DNA of 64,000 nt from the human T2T-CHM13v2.0 reference genome, Homo sapiens: the NCBI RefSeq assembly GCF_009914755.1, contig NC_060934.1, one strand, 5' to 3'. The notes beneath the pieces are model-generated. The model saw nothing but the letters and a program-made list of their open reading frames with translations. It was not told the DNA's origin and ran no database searches. This document shows, in pieces, positions 60,275-64,000 of the stretch (positions within the stretch are counted from its first letter, which is position 1; each line of letters begins with the position of its first letter). A program made the position numbers and the translations under genes.

Positions 60275-60545
60275 GGAGTTCTATTCTAAGAACTGTATTT
60301 GAAGAGGGTCACTGAGAAAAAAAGTATCACTTTATTCCTTCTTGGCCTTGTTCTATTCTTTCTAAACTGTAAACTGAAAATTTTAGTCTTTCTTTGGGCT
60401 AACTAAACTGTAAAGCACTAAAATTTAACAGAGGTAGCTTGTGTGGATGAAATTTATCTGATGGGAACAAAGGGAGTTGTTTCAGTACCGGCCCTGAGTG
60501 GGCTGCACATTTATACCACTAAGATTCTCTTTCATCTAAAATGTA

Positions 60546-60548
<3 letters not shown>

Positions 60549-60576
<28 letters not shown>
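60549..60576. repeat. (CA)14 microsatellite
   Basis: Read directly. Confidence 0.95.
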
Positions 60577-61306
60577 AGGAATCTCAGACTTGCAAATATT
60601 CTTATTATGAAGCTGACAAAAGCTAGTCTGTGGGAATGACCCACTTGTGAGGAGCAGGTCACATTAATGTTTATCTTTATTGAGATGTCCCCCCTCAAAG
60701 ACATCTGCACAATCATGCATTTCCATCAGGTGTAAAGTACGAAAGGGCTCCTGCAAGTCTTCGAGTAGGTGTGCTAGTCTTTGGGACAGCATGTCAGGGA
60801 GGCAGGCAAGTCTGCTACATGGAAGCCTGGGGACACTTCAGCCCCGTGAACTTGTCACCTTCAATGCCACCTCTTGGATCACCTGGCTCCCTGACTTAAG
60901 GTTCCAGAGCCTTCTCTTCTAGAAACACCTTAAGAATACATCTGAACTTCTAGGGATCTCTAAGAATCCTGGAAAAGAGACTAAGCCATGGTTTAGAGAG
61001 ACCACTCTTATTTGTTCCTTTACCTATGCTACTGATCCTGTCCATGTGCCCCTCTTCACCAGCCTGACACCTTCTGTGGATTTCATCCCAAATTCTATCC
61101 TCCACCTTCAACCCCATTTCATATTCCCTAGTCAATCCCTTCCATAGTGTCAATTTCCACCTTATGCCAACGACTCCTCCTTTCACTTTTATCTCTTATC
61201 AAGATATCTCTACAGTACCAAGGTTCATCTTCCTAATGTCCTGCTGGAAGTCTCCACATGGGTGTGCCATGGGTCCTTCAAGTCATTATGTACAAAAGTC
61301 TATGCT

Positions 61307-61891
<585 letters not shown>

Positions 61892-62134
61892 AAGAAATTT
61901 TTTAAAAGTGTCTTGTCTGCCATCTTTATCTTTCCTGCTGGATGGTTTCTTTCTCTTCTCTTCCTTATCTCAGTGATGGCACATTATCCATCATATGCCC
62001 AAGCTGGAAACCACAAGTCTCTTCCTTTTATCAACTGTATTCCATCAGTTATCTATTAATTTAATCACCTAGAGGAACTAGTAGTTATTGATTACTTATT
62101 TAATAATATTTTGAGGTCTCATTCATTCTTTCTA

Positions 62135-62360
62135 ATTATTTTTTGTACCCATTTGCAATCCCCGCTCCCTCCTCTCACCACTCCCCTTCCCAGCCTCTGG
62201 TAACCATCCTTCTACTCTCTATCTCCATGAGTTCAATTGTTTTAATTTTTAGCTCCCACCAATAAGTGAGAACATGCAAAGTTTGTCTTTCTGTGCCTGG
62301 CTTGTTTCACTTCACAGAGTGTCCTCCAGTGCCATCCATGTTGCAAATGATAGGATGTCC
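62135..62360 (-). mobile_element. L1PB/MA 3'UTR fragment
   Basis: cccttcccagcctctggtaaccatcc...agctcccac...gtgagaacatgc...ttctgtgcctggcttg. Confidence 0.75.
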
Positions 62361-63343
62361 AGGCTGTTCTTTGTAGATCTGGTCCTGTCACCTCCCATGC
62401 ATGGCGTGCTCCTTCCATCCCAGATCAGGCTTCCTCCTGTAATCTTGGGCAACTATAGACATTGCTTTCTCAATGCTTTCTCATTGCTTTCTCTGACTCC
62501 CCATCTCCTCTTGGCTGTGTAGAGAGCCCCACTCCACGTTCCTAACTCAGCTGAAAAAGCCTCTGCCTCTGTCTCCATGCTTTGTGCTTGTGCTTCACTA
62601 TGGTTCTGATCACACTGCAAGCGCCAGCTACTCTCTGAGGTCAAGATACCCCTGGACCCCCAGCTTACGAGGACTCTGATATATGGAATATGAAGAAATA
62701 GTAAGAATTACAAAAACATGGTGTCATTTGAATGCTTACATCACACACACCCACACACACACAGTCCCAGACACAGAGGGAGTATGCTGATATATGAACA
62801 AATGACTTGTATGAATGAATGAATGGATGTGCCTTACCATGTGGAACAAAGAGCACTCCCTTGAAAAATGGACAGAATGTAGATCACACAAAAGCTGTCT
62901 TTAATTGCTTGATATCTGTGGCATTTCTGCTAAGGGACCAGTTAACTGGAACGTTTTTACTTATCAAGGAAATAAAAAGGAGATTGCTATAAGACCTCAT
63001 TTCACAGGAGCAACTGTGGCCACGAAGCCCATGTGTAGGTTTTCCTCACCTGCTCTCGAGAGCTGGCTTGAGGGCTCTGAGCTACCTGCTCCCGTGTGAG
63101 CATCACAATCTTTGGTTCTAAAAGGCACAGGGCCAAAGAGGGGAGAAATGGACAAGCTGTCAGGAGGCTGTGGCACTGTTATTGGCTTTACTGTTAGTTC
63201 GTCTTTCTTTATATGTTTGGAATATAGGCATATCATTATATACATTTAGCATATAAAGCAACTTATGTTTTACTTTCCTGAATATAAAAGTCATATGAAC
63301 ACGTTACAGAAAAATGAGATAGTATAGATAAGTATAAAAATGG

Positions 63344-63907
<564 letters not shown>

Positions 63908-64000
63908 TTAAATCACTTCAAGGCAAATTCCTCAGAAAACATCTGTGGAAATAGCAACATAATCGTTTTTGGCATTTGTACACTTCATTTGAGTTCTGAA

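Overview
Human (primate) genomic DNA, rich in Alu elements (about 60 copies or fragments, roughly a quarter of the window by eye). It holds the 3' half of PRTFDC1, the HPRT1 paralog, on the minus strand. Coding exons 4-9 (28347..6133; 339 nt; residues NDQSMG...KEKYRV*) were read directly with GT-AG junctions, followed by a ~1.2 kb 3'UTR and poly(A) signals near 4930-5070. Everything above 28348 is the large intron 3; exons 1-3 and the promoter lie outside the window. The rest is interspersed repeats (Alu, L1, MIR/L2, MaLR LTRs, Tigger1, MER1B, MER3, MER5A, MADE1) and microsatellites. I found no new multi-gene system. The most interesting unexplained items are small: (i) a ~400-bp poly(A)-tailed, TSD-flanked insert of apparently non-repeat sequence at 25.5-25.9 kb; (ii) a tailless 41-nt 5S rRNA retrocopy inside an MLT1 LTR; (iii) a near-pristine AluYb8 abutting a THE1 LTR whose DUX4 site is micro-inverted; and (iv) sequence signs of truncated PRTFDC1 isoforms. 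Repeat subfamily names and boundaries come from recalled consensus sequences and are approximate unless a TSD is quoted.
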